Assembly: GCA_946534345.1 (NCBI GenBank)
Contig: CAMNCL010000002.1
Location: 169 to 64,168, forward strand
Direction: 5' to 3'
Source: an uncultured Bacillales bacterium
GTDB taxonomy: Bacteria > Bacillota_I > Bacilli_A > RF39 > UBA660
Length of the DNA stretch: 64,000 nucleotides
Shown here: in pieces, positions 1-10,742 of the stretch
Position numbering within the stretch: position 1 is the first letter of the stretch
How the letters are laid out: every line of letters begins with the position of its first letter
Made by a program: the position numbers and the translations under genes
Notes under the pieces: generated by a model
Seen by the model: only the letters and a program-made list of their open reading frames with translations
The model's database searches: none
Told to the model about the DNA's origin: nothing

Positions 1-1089
1 AATACTGAAAGTGGATGTGATAATGTATCACCATGGAAGGCAACATTCTCTAAGACGTATAATTCAAATATGAATGTTACAAATGCAGGAGCTGTTGATG
101 TAGGAAATGGTGGAAAAGTAAGAGATATAGCCAAGAATGAAAGAGATTGTGCAAAGAACTTCACAGTAAAAATTGATCATAATGCACCAACTTGTTTAAC
201 GACAGGAGAGACAACAAAGAATAGTAAAGGAAACTGGATATGGAGACAAACAGGAACTACAATTACTAGAGAATGTCGAGATACTGGAGGAAGTGGATGT
301 GAGAAGAAAGTATATAAATCACAAACATATAATACATCCGGGCATACATATAAAACAGAAGATTATAAGGCATATACAATATCGGACAATGCCGATAATA
401 AAGTTACATGTCCAGCAAAGACGATTCACATTTATGTAGATAAACAAAAGCCAAGTTGTAGTGGTGATAAATCACATCAAAATACAACTGATGGTGTAAC
501 TATAAAATATTCATGTAGTGACCATGGAGGTTCAGGAGTTGCAAATTGTCCTTCCAACGAGTCAAAAGTAAAGAAGGATAGAAGTTATACTGTCAAAGAT
601 AATGTAGGAAACAAAATGACATGTAGTGTAAATGTAACGGCTTATAATCAATATAGATATATAAAGAAAAATGTACCAAAAACATGCACTAATGCTTGCT
701 GTGGTACCAAAACATGTACGAGTGGATCATGCTGTGGATGGAATAAACATACAGGACAAAATTGTCGTAATTGTGGTTCTTCTACTGCCTGTACTACAAG
801 TTATAAGACTTCTTCTGGAAGTGGTTGTCCTTCAGGATGGACGTATAATGGTTGTGCCGAAATGCATACTAATGGATGTGGAAGAGCTAGTTGTAAAAAG
901 AAAAAATGTGTAACTACATGCAAAACATGTACATGGAATACAACTGCAAAAAGATGTACTAAAGCTTGTTGTGGTTATTATACATGTACAAGTGGTAGAT
1001 GCTGTGGATACGCATGTGGATCTCAATGGACATCTTGGGGTGCAAGCAAGACTGGATGTAAATCAGATTCCAGAAAACTATATAAATAA
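1..1089 (+). CDS. 3' part of a large Cys/Thr-rich surface protein (Ig-like 'D..AP.C' modules, Cys-rich C-terminus); truncated at the window start
   Basis: Frame 1 is open from base 1, so ATG 70 is probably internal; IDHNAPTC and VDKQKPSC module junctions; 24 Cys in the last ~136 aa. Confidence 0.7.
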   Translation, partial: NTESGCDNVSPWKATFSKTYNSNMNVTNAGAVDVGNGGKVRDIAKNERDCAKNFTVKIDHNAPTCLTTGETTKNSKGNWIWRQTGTTITRECRDTGGSGCEKKVYKSQTYNTSGHTYKTEDYKAYTISDNADNKVTCPAKTIHIYVDKQKPSCSGDKSHQNTTDGVTIKYSCSDHGGSGVANCPSNESKVKKDRSYTVKDNVGNKMTCSVNVTAYNQYRYIKKNVPKTCTNACCGTKTCTSGSCCGWNKHTGQNCRNCGSSTACTTSYKTSSGSGCPSGWTYNGCAEMHTNGCGRASCKKKKCVTTCKTCTWNTTAKRCTKACCGYYTCTSGRCCGYACGSQWTSWGASKTGCKSDSRKLYK

Positions 1090-1114
1090 GAAACAGTTTA
1101 CTGTTTCTTTTTTT
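1088..1114 (+). terminator. Intrinsic terminator
   Basis: aagaaacag-ttta-ctgtttctt hairpin followed by a T-run. Confidence 0.8.
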
Positions 1115-1152
1115 GTCTTAGATATTTGTGCTATAATAAGAATGGTGGTAGT

Positions 1153-3441
1153 ATGCAAAAACTGATAATTTGTCCTAATGATATAAAAATGCAATTACTA
1201 AATAATAATAGTAATTTATCAAATATGAAGTTTATGACTAAAAATGAATATTTAAACAAATATTTTTTTAGTTATGATGAACAAGCAATTTACTATTTAA
1301 TAAATAAATATAATTATAATATAGATGTAGCTAAAGTTTATTTAGATAATTTATATGTAATTGATGAAAATAAAAATTATAAGAATGATAAATTGAATTT
1401 CTTAAAAGAATTAAAAATAGATTTAATTAATAATAAATTACTAAACTATTCTAAAACATTTAAAAACTATTTAACTAATTTTGATGTAGAAGTTAAAGGT
1501 TATTATGACTTGGATTTATATGAAGAAAAAGCTCTTAATTATAGTTTCAAAAGTATAAAATCTGTGATAAATAAACCTGTATTTGAATATAATACTTTAG
1601 AAGAAGAAGTTAATGGTACTTGTATTAAAATAATAGAATTGATTAATAAGGGTATAAATATTAATAATATATATTTATGTAATATAAATGATGAGTATTT
1701 ATATACAATAAAGAAACTATTTAATTATTATAAAATACCAATTAATTTAAATATTAAAAATTCTATTTATAGTTCAAAAATAGTTTCTAATTATTTAGAA
1801 ACTGGTGAAGTTAATTTAGATGATACATCCATTACTAATAAAAAACTAGTAAGTGTTATAAATAGCTTATCTTTCCTAGACAATAGTACAGATATTTATA
1901 AAAATATTTTAATAGATAAACTAAAAAATACTTATTATCCTAATGATAAATATGATAATGCCGTTAATATTAAAGATTTATTTAGTCATGAATTTAGTGA
2001 AGATGACTATGTCTTTGTATTGGGATTTAATCAAGATAATCTACCTAAGATTAGAAAAGATATTGATTATATAAGTGACAATATTAAAGAAGAAGTATCT
2101 ATGTATAAAACTAATTATTTAAATAACAGAGAAAAAGAAATAGTTACTTATTTATTAAGTAGAATACCTAATCTATGTTTATCATATAAGTTGAATTCTT
2201 CTTTTAATGAATATTATCCATCTAGTTTAATTAAAGAATTAGATTTAGAAGTAATAAAAGATAATAATGATAATTATAGTTATTCTAATATTTATAATGA
2301 ATTACATTTAGCAGAAATGCTAGATAAATATAATTTATATAATGAAAAAGATGAATTAATTGATATTTTAAATAGTCATTATAAAATACCATATAATACT
2401 TATAGTAATAGTTATACTGGTATTAATAATGATCTATATATTAGGAGTATTATAAGACCATTAAGAATGTCTTATACTGCATTAAATTCATATAATGAAT
2501 GTGGCTTTAAGTATTATTTAAATTATGTTTTAAAAATTAATTCTTATGAAGATACATTTGAAGCGTTTATTGGTTCAATGTATCATAAAATATTATCTTT
2601 ATATAGAAAGACTATTTTTAATTTTGAAGAAGAATATAATAAATATCTAGAAAAAAGAGAATTATCTTTAAAAGAAAGATTATTACTAGTTAGAATAAAA
2701 AAAGAATTATTAGATTTTATTGGAATAATAAAACATCAAAATGAATATACTGAATATAAAGATGAATTATATGAAAAAGAAGCTAAAGTATTAATAGATA
2801 AAAAAGTTTCAGTAGAATTTGTTGGTTACATTGATAAGATAATGTATCGTAAAAATATTGAAGATACATACTTTTCAATAGTTGATTATAAGACAGGTAC
2901 TATTGATACTCATATTGAACCAGTTAAATATGGTTTACATATGCAATTACCTGTATATTTATATTTAATTCATTATGGTAAAGTATTTACTAATCCAATA
3001 TTTACTGGTATTTACTATCAAAATATTTTATTTAAGTATCCTACTTGGAGTAATAAATTAGAAAAAGAAGAAAAAACTAAGTATTACTTAAATGGATATT
3101 CTACTAATCAAGTAGATATATTAGAAAAATTTGATATCACTTATAAGGATAGTGAATTAATTAAAAGTATGAAATATACTGATGAAAAAGGTTTTGATAG
3201 ATTCTCTAAAGTAATAGATAATGATACTCTATATAATCTTATTAAATATACTAAAGATGAAATAGAGACTAAACTAGATAGTATTTTAGAAAGTGATTTT
3301 TCTATCAATCCTAAGAGTTATGCAGGTAAAAATATTTCTTGCGAGTACTGTAAATTTAAAGATATATGCTTTATGAATGATAGTGATATAGTTAATTATC
3401 CTAAAGTAGATGATTTGTCTTTTTTAGGAGGTGATATGTAA
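1153..3441 (+). CDS. addB: AddB/RexB-like nuclease subunit (PD-(D/E)xK with Fe-S cysteines)
   Basis: YNECGFKYYL, GYIDKI..IVDYKTG, QLPVY, CEYCKFKDIC; coupled to addA; ATG 1153 follows a GGTGGT RBS. Confidence 0.85.
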   Translation: MQKLIICPNDIKMQLLNNNSNLSNMKFMTKNEYLNKYFFSYDEQAIYYLINKYNYNIDVAKVYLDNLYVIDENKNYKNDKLNFLKELKIDLINNKLLNYSKTFKNYLTNFDVEVKGYYDLDLYEEKALNYSFKSIKSVINKPVFEYNTLEEEVNGTCIKIIELINKGININNIYLCNINDEYLYTIKKLFNYYKIPINLNIKNSIYSSKIVSNYLETGEVNLDDTSITNKKLVSVINSLSFLDNSTDIYKNILIDKLKNTYYPNDKYDNAVNIKDLFSHEFSEDDYVFVLGFNQDNLPKIRKDIDYISDNIKEEVSMYKTNYLNNREKEIVTYLLSRIPNLCLSYKLNSSFNEYYPSSLIKELDLEVIKDNNDNYSYSNIYNELHLAEMLDKYNLYNEKDELIDILNSHYKIPYNTYSNSYTGINNDLYIRSIIRPLRMSYTALNSYNECGFKYYLNYVLKINSYEDTFEAFIGSMYHKILSLYRKTIFNFEEEYNKYLEKRELSLKERLLLVRIKKELLDFIGIIKHQNEYTEYKDELYEKEAKVLIDKKVSVEFVGYIDKIMYRKNIEDTYFSIVDYKTGTIDTHIEPVKYGLHMQLPVYLYLIHYGKVFTNPIFTGIYYQNILFKYPTWSNKLEKEEKTKYYLNGYSTNQVDILEKFDITYKDSELIKSMKYTDEKGFDRFSKVIDNDTLYNLIKYTKDEIETKLDSILESDFSINPKSYAGKNISCEYCKFKDICFMNDSDIVNYPKVDDLSFLGGDM

Positions 3442-6400
3442 TGGCTTGGACAAAAGAACAGGAACAAGCAATTAATTCTGATGGTAAAAATATTATAGTT
3501 TCAGCAGGAGCAGGTGCAGGTAAAACAGCAGTTTTAACAGCTAGAGTTTTAAGAAAATTAAATGAAGGCGTTCATATTAATGAACTATTAATTCTAACAT
3601 TCACTAATGCAGCTGCGGCTGAAATGAAAAATAGAATACGTGATGAAATAATGAAGAATAAAACTCTAAGTGAAGAAGCAAATCTCTTAGATAGTTCTTA
3701 TATCACAACATTTGATTCATATTCATTATCTCTAGTAAAGAAGTATCATACAGATTTAAATATTACTAATAGAATAACTATTACTGATCAATCTACTATT
3801 GAAATGTTAAAAGAAAAAATATTAGATGAAATATTTGAAGAAAATTATTTAACTCCTAAGAAAGATTTTATGAATTTAATAAATGATTTTTGTCTTAAGA
3901 ATGATAATGAATTAAAAAAATATATTCTAAATACTTATAAAAAGATTGAACTTAAATATGATAAGACAGAGTATTTAAACAACTATATGTCTATAGAATT
4001 TAATGATAAAAAGATAGATTCTTTTATTGATGAATATGTAGATTTAATCAAAGAAAAACAAACTAACATTAAAGAATTGATGAATGAATTAGTAAATTAT
4101 TTTGACAATGATTTTATTATTAAAGTAGAAGACAGTTTAAGTCCTTTGTTAAAAGCAATTACATATGAAGATTTCGCAAATTTAAATGTAGAAAAAGTTA
4201 GAACTCCAAATAAGAGTGATCCTACAGGTAAAAGTATTAAAGATAGTATTTATAAACTAGTAGATGAAATAAATGATTTGTGTATCTATGATTCAACTAC
4301 TTCTATGAAAGATGAAATATTAAGTACTAAAAGTAATCTAGAAGTAATAGTTAGTATTCTAAAAGAATTTGATAAAAGATTGGAAGAATACAAATCCAGT
4401 AATGAAATATTTGGCTATTCTGATATAAGTAGATTGGCTATTAAACTGGTTAAAGATTATCCATTAATTAGAAAAGAAGTCACAAATAGTTTTAATGAAA
4501 TATTAGTAGATGAGTATCAAGATACATCTGATATTCAAGAATTATTTATAAGTTTAATTGCTGATAATAATGTTTATATGGTTGGAGATATAAAACAATC
4601 TATCTATCGTTTTAGAAATGCTAATCCATATATATTTAAAACTAAGTATGATAATTATAATAATAATTCTGATTTAGGATTAAAAATTGATTTGTTAAAG
4701 AATTTTAGATCACGTGAAGAAGTATTAAATAATATTAATATGTTATTTGATCATTTTATGGATGATAAATTAGGAGGAGCTAATTATAAAAAAGAACATC
4801 AAATGGTCTTTGGAAATAAAGATTATCTAGATAAAGGAAATACAGACCAAGACTATAACCTAGAAGTATTAACTTATAATGATAAAGAACTTAATAATCT
4901 TACTAAAGATGAAGAAGAAGCATTTATAATTTGTTTAGATATTAAAAATAAAATTAATAATAACTATCAAGTATTTGATAAATCTAGTAAAATGTTGCGT
5001 AATGCTAAATATAGTGACTTTGTAATCTTATTAGATAAGAGTAAAAACTTTACTTTATATAAAAAAGTTTTTGAATACTTAAATATACCATTAAGTATTT
5101 TAAAAGATGAATCATTTAAAGAAGATAATGATGCATTAGTTTTTAAGAATCTATTAAAATTATTAATATGCATTAAAGAAAATAGAATAGATAATGAATT
5201 TAAATATAGCTTTATGTCTATTTCTAGAAGTTTCTTATGGAAGATGAGTGATGAAGAAATATATAATTGTTTCATAAATGATAGTTTTAAAGAAACAGAG
5301 TTATATAAAAAATGTTTAGAAGCTATAGAGGAAATAGATAATATGAATTTAAGTAATTATTTCTTATATTTATTAGATAGTTTTAATTATGATGAAAAAC
5401 TTATTACTATTGGAAATATTAAATCATTTAGAACTAGAGAAGAGTATTTCTATAATCTATGTCGTAATTATGAAACATTAGGTAATACTATTTATGATTT
5501 TGTTGAATACTTAGATGAATTATTTATTACTGATTATGACTTGTCTTTTAATACTAATAGTACTAATCCTAATAGTTGCTTAATAATGACTATTCATAAA
5601 TCTAAAGGATTAGAGTTCCCTATATGTTATTATGCTGGATTATATTCTAGATTTAATACTGATGAACTAAAAGATAGAATTATGTTTGATAATAAATATG
5701 GTATTATTTTACCTCAAGTAAATAATTATTATAAAGATACTATTCTTAAATTATTACTTAAAGAAAATCTAAAAAGAGAAGATATATCTGAAAGAATAAG
5801 ACTATTATATGTCGCAGTAACACGTGCCAAAGAAAAGATGATTATTGTGATGCCTAAACAAGAGGAAGATAGTTTTGTTGATGGATTAGTATCTCTATAT
5901 ACTAGAGAAAAATACAATTCTTTCTTAAGTATAATGAAAAGTATTTATAGTGTATTATTACCATATGTTAAAGAAGTAGATTTGGTAGGTTCAAAAGACT
6001 ATTTAGATTTGAAAAAGAGTAATAAAGAATTAATTACTGTAGATGATAAATTAATAGTTAAAGAATTAAATATTGAGAGTAATTTAATAACAGAAAAACA
6101 CTATTCTAAAGATAAATTACATCTAGTAGATTCTCATGAGAAAGAACTATTAGAGTTTGGTACCAAAGTACATGAAATATTAGAAGAGATAGATTTTGCT
6201 AATTATGATTTAGATAATTATGATATTTCTGATAATGTAAAAGATAAGATTAATTCATTTATAAATAGTAGTTTTATGAGTGACAAATTAAATTGTAAAA
6301 TGTATAAAGAATATGAATTCTTATATCAGGAAGATAATACTTTATCCCATGGAATAATTGATTTGTTAATTGAACAAGATAATAAGATGATTATTGTAGA

Positions 6401-6548
6401 TTATAAATTAAAAAATATTGATGATGAAAATTACAATCTACAGTTAAATGGTTATCGTAAGTATATTAATTCAATTACTAATAAAGAAGTTGATTGTTAC
6501 TTATATTCTATAATTGATGAAACTTATCGTGAAGTAAAAGACCAATAA
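3441..6548 (+). CDS. addA: AddA/RexA UvrD-family helicase-nuclease
   Basis: AGAGAGKT, DEYQD, VGDIKQSIYRFR, TIHKSKGLEF, LLYVAVTRA, C-terminal GIIDL..IVDYK. Confidence 0.93.
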   Translation: MAWTKEQEQAINSDGKNIIVSAGAGAGKTAVLTARVLRKLNEGVHINELLILTFTNAAAAEMKNRIRDEIMKNKTLSEEANLLDSSYITTFDSYSLSLVKKYHTDLNITNRITITDQSTIEMLKEKILDEIFEENYLTPKKDFMNLINDFCLKNDNELKKYILNTYKKIELKYDKTEYLNNYMSIEFNDKKIDSFIDEYVDLIKEKQTNIKELMNELVNYFDNDFIIKVEDSLSPLLKAITYEDFANLNVEKVRTPNKSDPTGKSIKDSIYKLVDEINDLCIYDSTTSMKDEILSTKSNLEVIVSILKEFDKRLEEYKSSNEIFGYSDISRLAIKLVKDYPLIRKEVTNSFNEILVDEYQDTSDIQELFISLIADNNVYMVGDIKQSIYRFRNANPYIFKTKYDNYNNNSDLGLKIDLLKNFRSREEVLNNINMLFDHFMDDKLGGANYKKEHQMVFGNKDYLDKGNTDQDYNLEVLTYNDKELNNLTKDEEEAFIICLDIKNKINNNYQVFDKSSKMLRNAKYSDFVILLDKSKNFTLYKKVFEYLNIPLSILKDESFKEDNDALVFKNLLKLLICIKENRIDNEFKYSFMSISRSFLWKMSDEEIYNCFINDSFKETELYKKCLEAIEEIDNMNLSNYFLYLLDSFNYDEKLITIGNIKSFRTREEYFYNLCRNYETLGNTIYDFVEYLDELFITDYDLSFNTNSTNPNSCLIMTIHKSKGLEFPICYYAGLYSRFNTDELKDRIMFDNKYGIILPQVNNYYKDTILKLLLKENLKREDISERIRLLYVAVTRAKEKMIIVMPKQEEDSFVDGLVSLYTREKYNSFLSIMKSIYSVLLPYVKEVDLVGSKDYLDLKKSNKELITVDDKLIVKELNIESNLITEKHYSKDKLHLVDSHEKELLEFGTKVHEILEEIDFANYDLDNYDISDNVKDKINSFINSSFMSDKLNCKMYKEYEFLYQEDNTLSHGIIDLLIEQDNKMIIVDYKLKNIDDENYNLQLNGYRKYINSITNKEVDCYLYSIIDETYREVKDQ

Positions 6549-6614
6549 CGGTCTTTTTTCTTGAAAAATAAGGCTTTTTATGGTATAATATGATAACTAT
6601 TGAGGGGTGATAAG

Positions 6615-7556
6615 ATGGCTATTACAGAAGAGCAATGTAAGGAATTACTTTCTTCAATTGAAAAGAAATGTAAAGATAATAGATCTTTAAGAAATGAACT
6701 TAATAGATTAAAAAAACAATATAATATTGAACCGGAAATAGAAGAGAGTAATAAAGTAATAGTTAATTCTAAAGAAGTTTATGTTGAAGATACAGAATTT
6801 GATAATGATGATGAAATGTCATTTTATTTAGATAACTATAAACATTTAGATGATACTTTTACTATGAAAGATATAATTGATGTTTTACCAACTAAAGATA
6901 ATTATAATTATGATGATATTGTTAATCGTTTAATTGCGGAATCTTATAAAGAAATAAAAGAAATAAATGAATTATTAATTGATGATAGTCTAACAAAAGA
7001 AGAATTAATAGAATGTAAAGATTTAATTACTAAAGAAAAAACTAAAATAAAGTATATAAGAGAAGCTAGAAATAAAGAAGATGAAGAAGTAGTTCAAGAA
7101 CATAAGAATAGAATTGTTTTAGTTCCTACAATCGCAGGTAATATTCGTGTTATTGATGAACTAGAACATATTGCTTCTGAGTATTATGATTCATTCTTAG
7201 AACTTATAAATTCAATTATTAACGGAAGATTTAAAAATGTTAAGACATTCACAAGTAATAATAACTTAATGGGTATTTCTGAAGTTAAAGCATTTAAAAT
7301 CAGAGTGGTTTTCTCAAGACTTGATAAGAATACATATGCACTTATTACTGCCTTTGTTAAAAAGAGTGATAATGATAAATTATATAAAGAAACACTAACT
7401 AAAAAAGTAAATCATTTTAAAGATAATGAAGAGTTATTAAAGAAAAAATTAAAAGATGAAGAATTTATGAAACTAAACGATTTATATGTAGAAGAATTAT
7501 TAACTCTTTTAGGTTCTAAGGACAAAGAAGATAAGAAGGTGAATAGTCATGACTAG
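6615..7556 (+). CDS. Hypothetical protein: acidic helical N-terminus plus C-terminal RelE/HigB (Gp49)-like domain
   Basis: C-terminal ISEVKAFKIRVVFSRLDKNTYALITAFVKKS resembles the RelE/HigB 'ELR..RI.Y....LL..F.KK' pattern; ATG 6615 follows GAGGGGTGA. Confidence 0.5.
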   Translation: MAITEEQCKELLSSIEKKCKDNRSLRNELNRLKKQYNIEPEIEESNKVIVNSKEVYVEDTEFDNDDEMSFYLDNYKHLDDTFTMKDIIDVLPTKDNYNYDDIVNRLIAESYKEIKEINELLIDDSLTKEELIECKDLITKEKTKIKYIREARNKEDEEVVQEHKNRIVLVPTIAGNIRVIDELEHIASEYYDSFLELINSIINGRFKNVKTFTSNNNLMGISEVKAFKIRVVFSRLDKNTYALITAFVKKSDNDKLYKETLTKKVNHFKDNEELLKKKLKDEEFMKLNDLYVEELLTLLGSKDKEDKKVNSHD

Positions 7557-9375
7557 AGATAAAATAGTAGAACTTATCGCCAAGAAGAAGATTGAATTAG
7601 ATAAGCCATTTGAAAAGGATTCTGGTTATGATTATTGTAGGGAATATGTATTAAATAATGATATCTCAGATATAGTAGATTTTCCTGATGTTGATGTATG
7701 GCATTTAATGAAATGTTTATACTATATTAATAATAAAGATAAAAGTATAGAAGAAATAGAAGAATCATTTGAATCATTCAAACCTTTCTTTGAATCAACA
7801 AACTTAGAGACAATTAGTCAATTTATAGAGATGACTTTATCTATAGATGCGGCTGGTAATATTGATAATGTTATTAATTATTTAGATAATAAAAATATCT
7901 TTAAGTCTGCATATAAATTAGCTAGTCAAGCTGAAGAAGATCTTTCTTTTTTAAAGAAATTACAAGATATAAAGAAATACAATAATAATAAAGAAATAGA
8001 TATGGCTAATTATTTTAGATGTTATAAAGAACAAGGTGATGATTTCTTAAAAATAATGGGGTTATATAAAGCATATAGATTCATGCATTATGATATTGAG
8101 TGTTTAGATGAAAGAATAGCTAATCGTAAAGTTAAAGATAAAGATAGAAAGTCATTATTAAAGAAAATGTATAAAGACTTATATGATGTTAATAGATTGA
8201 TGGTAGATATTAGTAGAGTAAAAAGTTTTGTAGATGACGAAGATAAAAGAGAAAAGCAAACTCTTAAAAATAATAATAAAGAAATCTATAATTTAGATAT
8301 AGCTCTAGATTTACTTGATAAAGGATTAGAAAAAGAAGAGATTACTAATGCTCGTGAAATAATTAGTAAAATTAAAGATACAGATATTAAATATGCTTTT
8401 TTAGAACTAATAAGTGAACATAATAATAGTTATTATGAAATATTAAATAAAGAACTATTACGTTTAAATAAAGATAGTAGAATAAAATATCAAGCTTTAT
8501 TAAATGATTATGGTATTACTAATGGTTCATATAAACTTGAACGTATTATGAGTAATAGTTTAGAAGATGTTGAGACTATGCTTAAAATTATTACTAAGTT
8601 TAATATTAATACAGAACAAATTATTAAAATATTAAAAAATAGTAATGTTAAAATAGTTTTACAAATTAAAGATTATTTAGAAAAAGGTTATTTAAGTCTA
8701 GATTTTATAACTGATAATATTGATATATTTTATAAGAATTCTTCTAAGTATCAAATATATAATACTAATTTAGAAACAATTACTTCTTATGGAATCAATC
8801 CTAGTATATTCTTTGATTCTATTGAAATGTTATTTATTTATCCTAATCTATTAAAAGATAATATTGAGTTATTAAGTAAATATAATTTATTAAATTCTAT
8901 AAAAACAACAGATAATTATTATTTCTTAAGAGATAAAGATTTAGTTCTAAAAATAGATAAGATTCTTGAATTGGGATATGAAGATTACTTAGAAGAAGAT
9001 TTAAATATCTTAAATAGTGATAAATTATTACGAATAGAAGCTCTTAAATACTTTGAGATGGATATTGATAATAAGCAAGAGTTTGATTCTATCTTAAATA
9101 GTAAAAAATTCTTCATAGAAGATGAATTATTAACTGATTATATTCCTAATAAGATTAGTTTAAAAGATGAATCCTATGATGTTAATTTAGAGGATTATAG
9201 AAATACAAATAGAACTTATAAGATAGGTAATGTAGTTATATCTTCTAATAAAGTAAAACGTTTACTTAACAATGGTTATGGAATGCATGATGCGATTTTT
9301 AGTGAAATGTGTTTATCATTAGAAGATTATAATGAAGTTATTAATAATTTAAAGGGGTATGAATATCATAAATGA
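7549..9375 (+). CDS. Hypothetical protein with helical, possibly mTERF-like repeats in the C-terminal half
   Basis: 608 aa; overlaps the previous stop; recurring 'N/K-I/L-E/D-x-L/I-xx-Y/L-G/N' units. Confidence 0.5.
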   Translation: MTRDKIVELIAKKKIELDKPFEKDSGYDYCREYVLNNDISDIVDFPDVDVWHLMKCLYYINNKDKSIEEIEESFESFKPFFESTNLETISQFIEMTLSIDAAGNIDNVINYLDNKNIFKSAYKLASQAEEDLSFLKKLQDIKKYNNNKEIDMANYFRCYKEQGDDFLKIMGLYKAYRFMHYDIECLDERIANRKVKDKDRKSLLKKMYKDLYDVNRLMVDISRVKSFVDDEDKREKQTLKNNNKEIYNLDIALDLLDKGLEKEEITNAREIISKIKDTDIKYAFLELISEHNNSYYEILNKELLRLNKDSRIKYQALLNDYGITNGSYKLERIMSNSLEDVETMLKIITKFNINTEQIIKILKNSNVKIVLQIKDYLEKGYLSLDFITDNIDIFYKNSSKYQIYNTNLETITSYGINPSIFFDSIEMLFIYPNLLKDNIELLSKYNLLNSIKTTDNYYFLRDKDLVLKIDKILELGYEDYLEEDLNILNSDKLLRIEALKYFEMDIDNKQEFDSILNSKKFFIEDELLTDYIPNKISLKDESYDVNLEDYRNTNRTYKIGNVVISSNKVKRLLNNGYGMHDAIFSEMCLSLEDYNEVINNLKGYEYHK

Positions 9376-9405
9376 TTGACAATATAGATAGTTTTATGTT
9401 AAACT
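9376..9405 (+). promoter_or_regulatory. Sigma-A promoter of the rplU operon
   Basis: TTGACA (9376) -18 nt- TAAACT with an extended TG. Confidence 0.7.
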
Positions 9406-9411
9406 CTATAT

Positions 9412-9485
9412 GTTTGACGCCTCATGCTCAAACCGCATTGAAAAGGTAAAAACACTTTTGTGTACCTTAAGAGCGAGTCTTGTAT
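9412..9485 (+). ncRNA. Probable L21 leader RNA
   Basis: Structured 5' UTR of rplU with ccgca..aaggta/tacctt..gcgagtc elements like the Firmicutes L21 leader. Confidence 0.65.
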
Positions 9486-9504
9486 TAAAAAAAGGAGGTA
9501 GAAT

Positions 9505-9807
9505 ATGACTGCTGTAATAAAAGTAGGTGGTAAGCAATACTATGTTACTGAAGGTTCTGAAATTTTCGTTGAAAAATTAGAATGTGCTCAAGGTGATGTA
9601 GTTAACTTTGAACAAGTATTAATGCTTGATTCAAAAGTTGGAAATCCTTATCTAACTAATGTTACTGTTCAAGGAGAAGTTCTTAAGAATGGTAAGAATA
9701 AGAAGATTAAGATCTTCAAATATAAGAATAAGAATAGATCTAACCGTAAGAAACAAGGACATAGACAACCATATACTAAAATTAAAATTACTAAGATTAA
9801 TGGATAA
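9505..9807 (+). CDS. rplU: 50S ribosomal protein L21
   Basis: AVIKVGGKQY..KKQGHRQPYT. Confidence 0.97.
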   Translation: MTAVIKVGGKQYYVTEGSEIFVEKLECAQGDVVNFEQVLMLDSKVGNPYLTNVTVQGEVLKNGKNKKIKIFKYKNKNRSNRKKQGHRQPYTKIKITKING

Positions 9808-9809
9808 TT

Positions 9810-10112
9810 ATGATTACTGTTAAAGTAGTAAAAGAAGAAAATTTATATAAAAAAGTCACAATTCTTGGCCATGCTATGTATGATGATTATGGTAAAGATA
9901 TTGTGTGTAGTGCATGCAGTAGTATCGTTACAACTACAGTAAACGGTATACTAGCATTAGACAAGGGTAGTCTAAGTTATTTAGTTAGTAAGAAGGGTAT
10001 GACAATTGAAATAAAAAAAGTAGATAAAACTACTCAGATACTAATAAATAATATGGTTAGGCTTTTAAAAGAGTTAGCTGGAAATTATCCAGATAATATT
10101 GAAGTTAAGTAA
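9810..10112 (+). CDS. prp: Ribosomal-processing cysteine protease Prp (YsxB)
   Basis: [13 protein letters not shown]; located between rplU and rpmA. Confidence 0.93.
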   Translation: MITVKVVKEENLYKKVTILGHAMYDDYGKDIVCSACSSIVTTTVNGILALDKGSLSYLVSKKGMTIEIKKVDKTTQILINNMVRLLKELAGNYPDNIEVK

Positions 10113-10123
10113 GGAGGAGAATT

Positions 10124-10414
10124 ATGAAGTTTTTAAAATTAGATATTCAATTATTTGCTCACCACAAAGGGCAAGGATCAACATCTAATGGTCGTGATTC
10201 TGCAGGACGTAGACTTGGAGCTAAAGCAGCTGATGGAGAATTTATTTCAGCTGGTTCAATTATATATCGTCAAAGAGGAACAAAAGTATTCCCAGGAACA
10301 AATACTCGTCGTGGTAAAGATGATACTATTTATTCTACAATTGACGGAATTGTTAAATTTGAACGTTTAGGAAGAGATAGAAAACAAGCTTCTGTCTATC
10401 CAGTAGGTGAATAA
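10124..10414 (+). CDS. rpmA: 50S ribosomal protein L27 with Prp-cleaved N-terminal extension
   Basis: [11 protein letters not shown]|[15 protein letters not shown]. Confidence 0.97.
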   Translation: MKFLKLDIQLFAHHKGQGSTSNGRDSAGRRLGAKAADGEFISAGSIIYRQRGTKVFPGTNTRRGKDDTIYSTIDGIVKFERLGRDRKQASVYPVGE

Positions 10415-10478
10415 TAAAGAGCCATTAGGCTCTTTTTGTTTTTCTAAAAGTATGCTAAAATTAAATAAGGTGATGATT

Positions 10479-10742
10479 ATGAATAATATGATTAAAGTTG
10501 TAGATGCTACAGGAATGGAAATTGAAGTAGAAGTATTAGATATTTTTAGATTAACAGATAATCAAGAAAAAGAATATATTATGTACACTCAAAATAAAGA
10601 AGTAGATGAAAATAATATTGAAGTTTTTGTATCTATACTTAAACAAGATGGTAATAATTTTCAACTATTAAACATCGAAGATGAGGAAGAATGGAAAAAG
10701 GTCCAAAAAGCTATTGATGAAATGGGTGAATTAAATGAATGA
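10479..10742 (+). CDS. DUF1292-like small acidic protein
   Basis: IKVVDATGMEIEVEVL..LNIEDEEEWKKV; ATG 10479 follows AAGGTGA. Confidence 0.7.
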   Translation: MNNMIKVVDATGMEIEVEVLDIFRLTDNQEKEYIMYTQNKEVDENNIEVFVSILKQDGNNFQLLNIEDEEEWKKVQKAIDEMGELNE

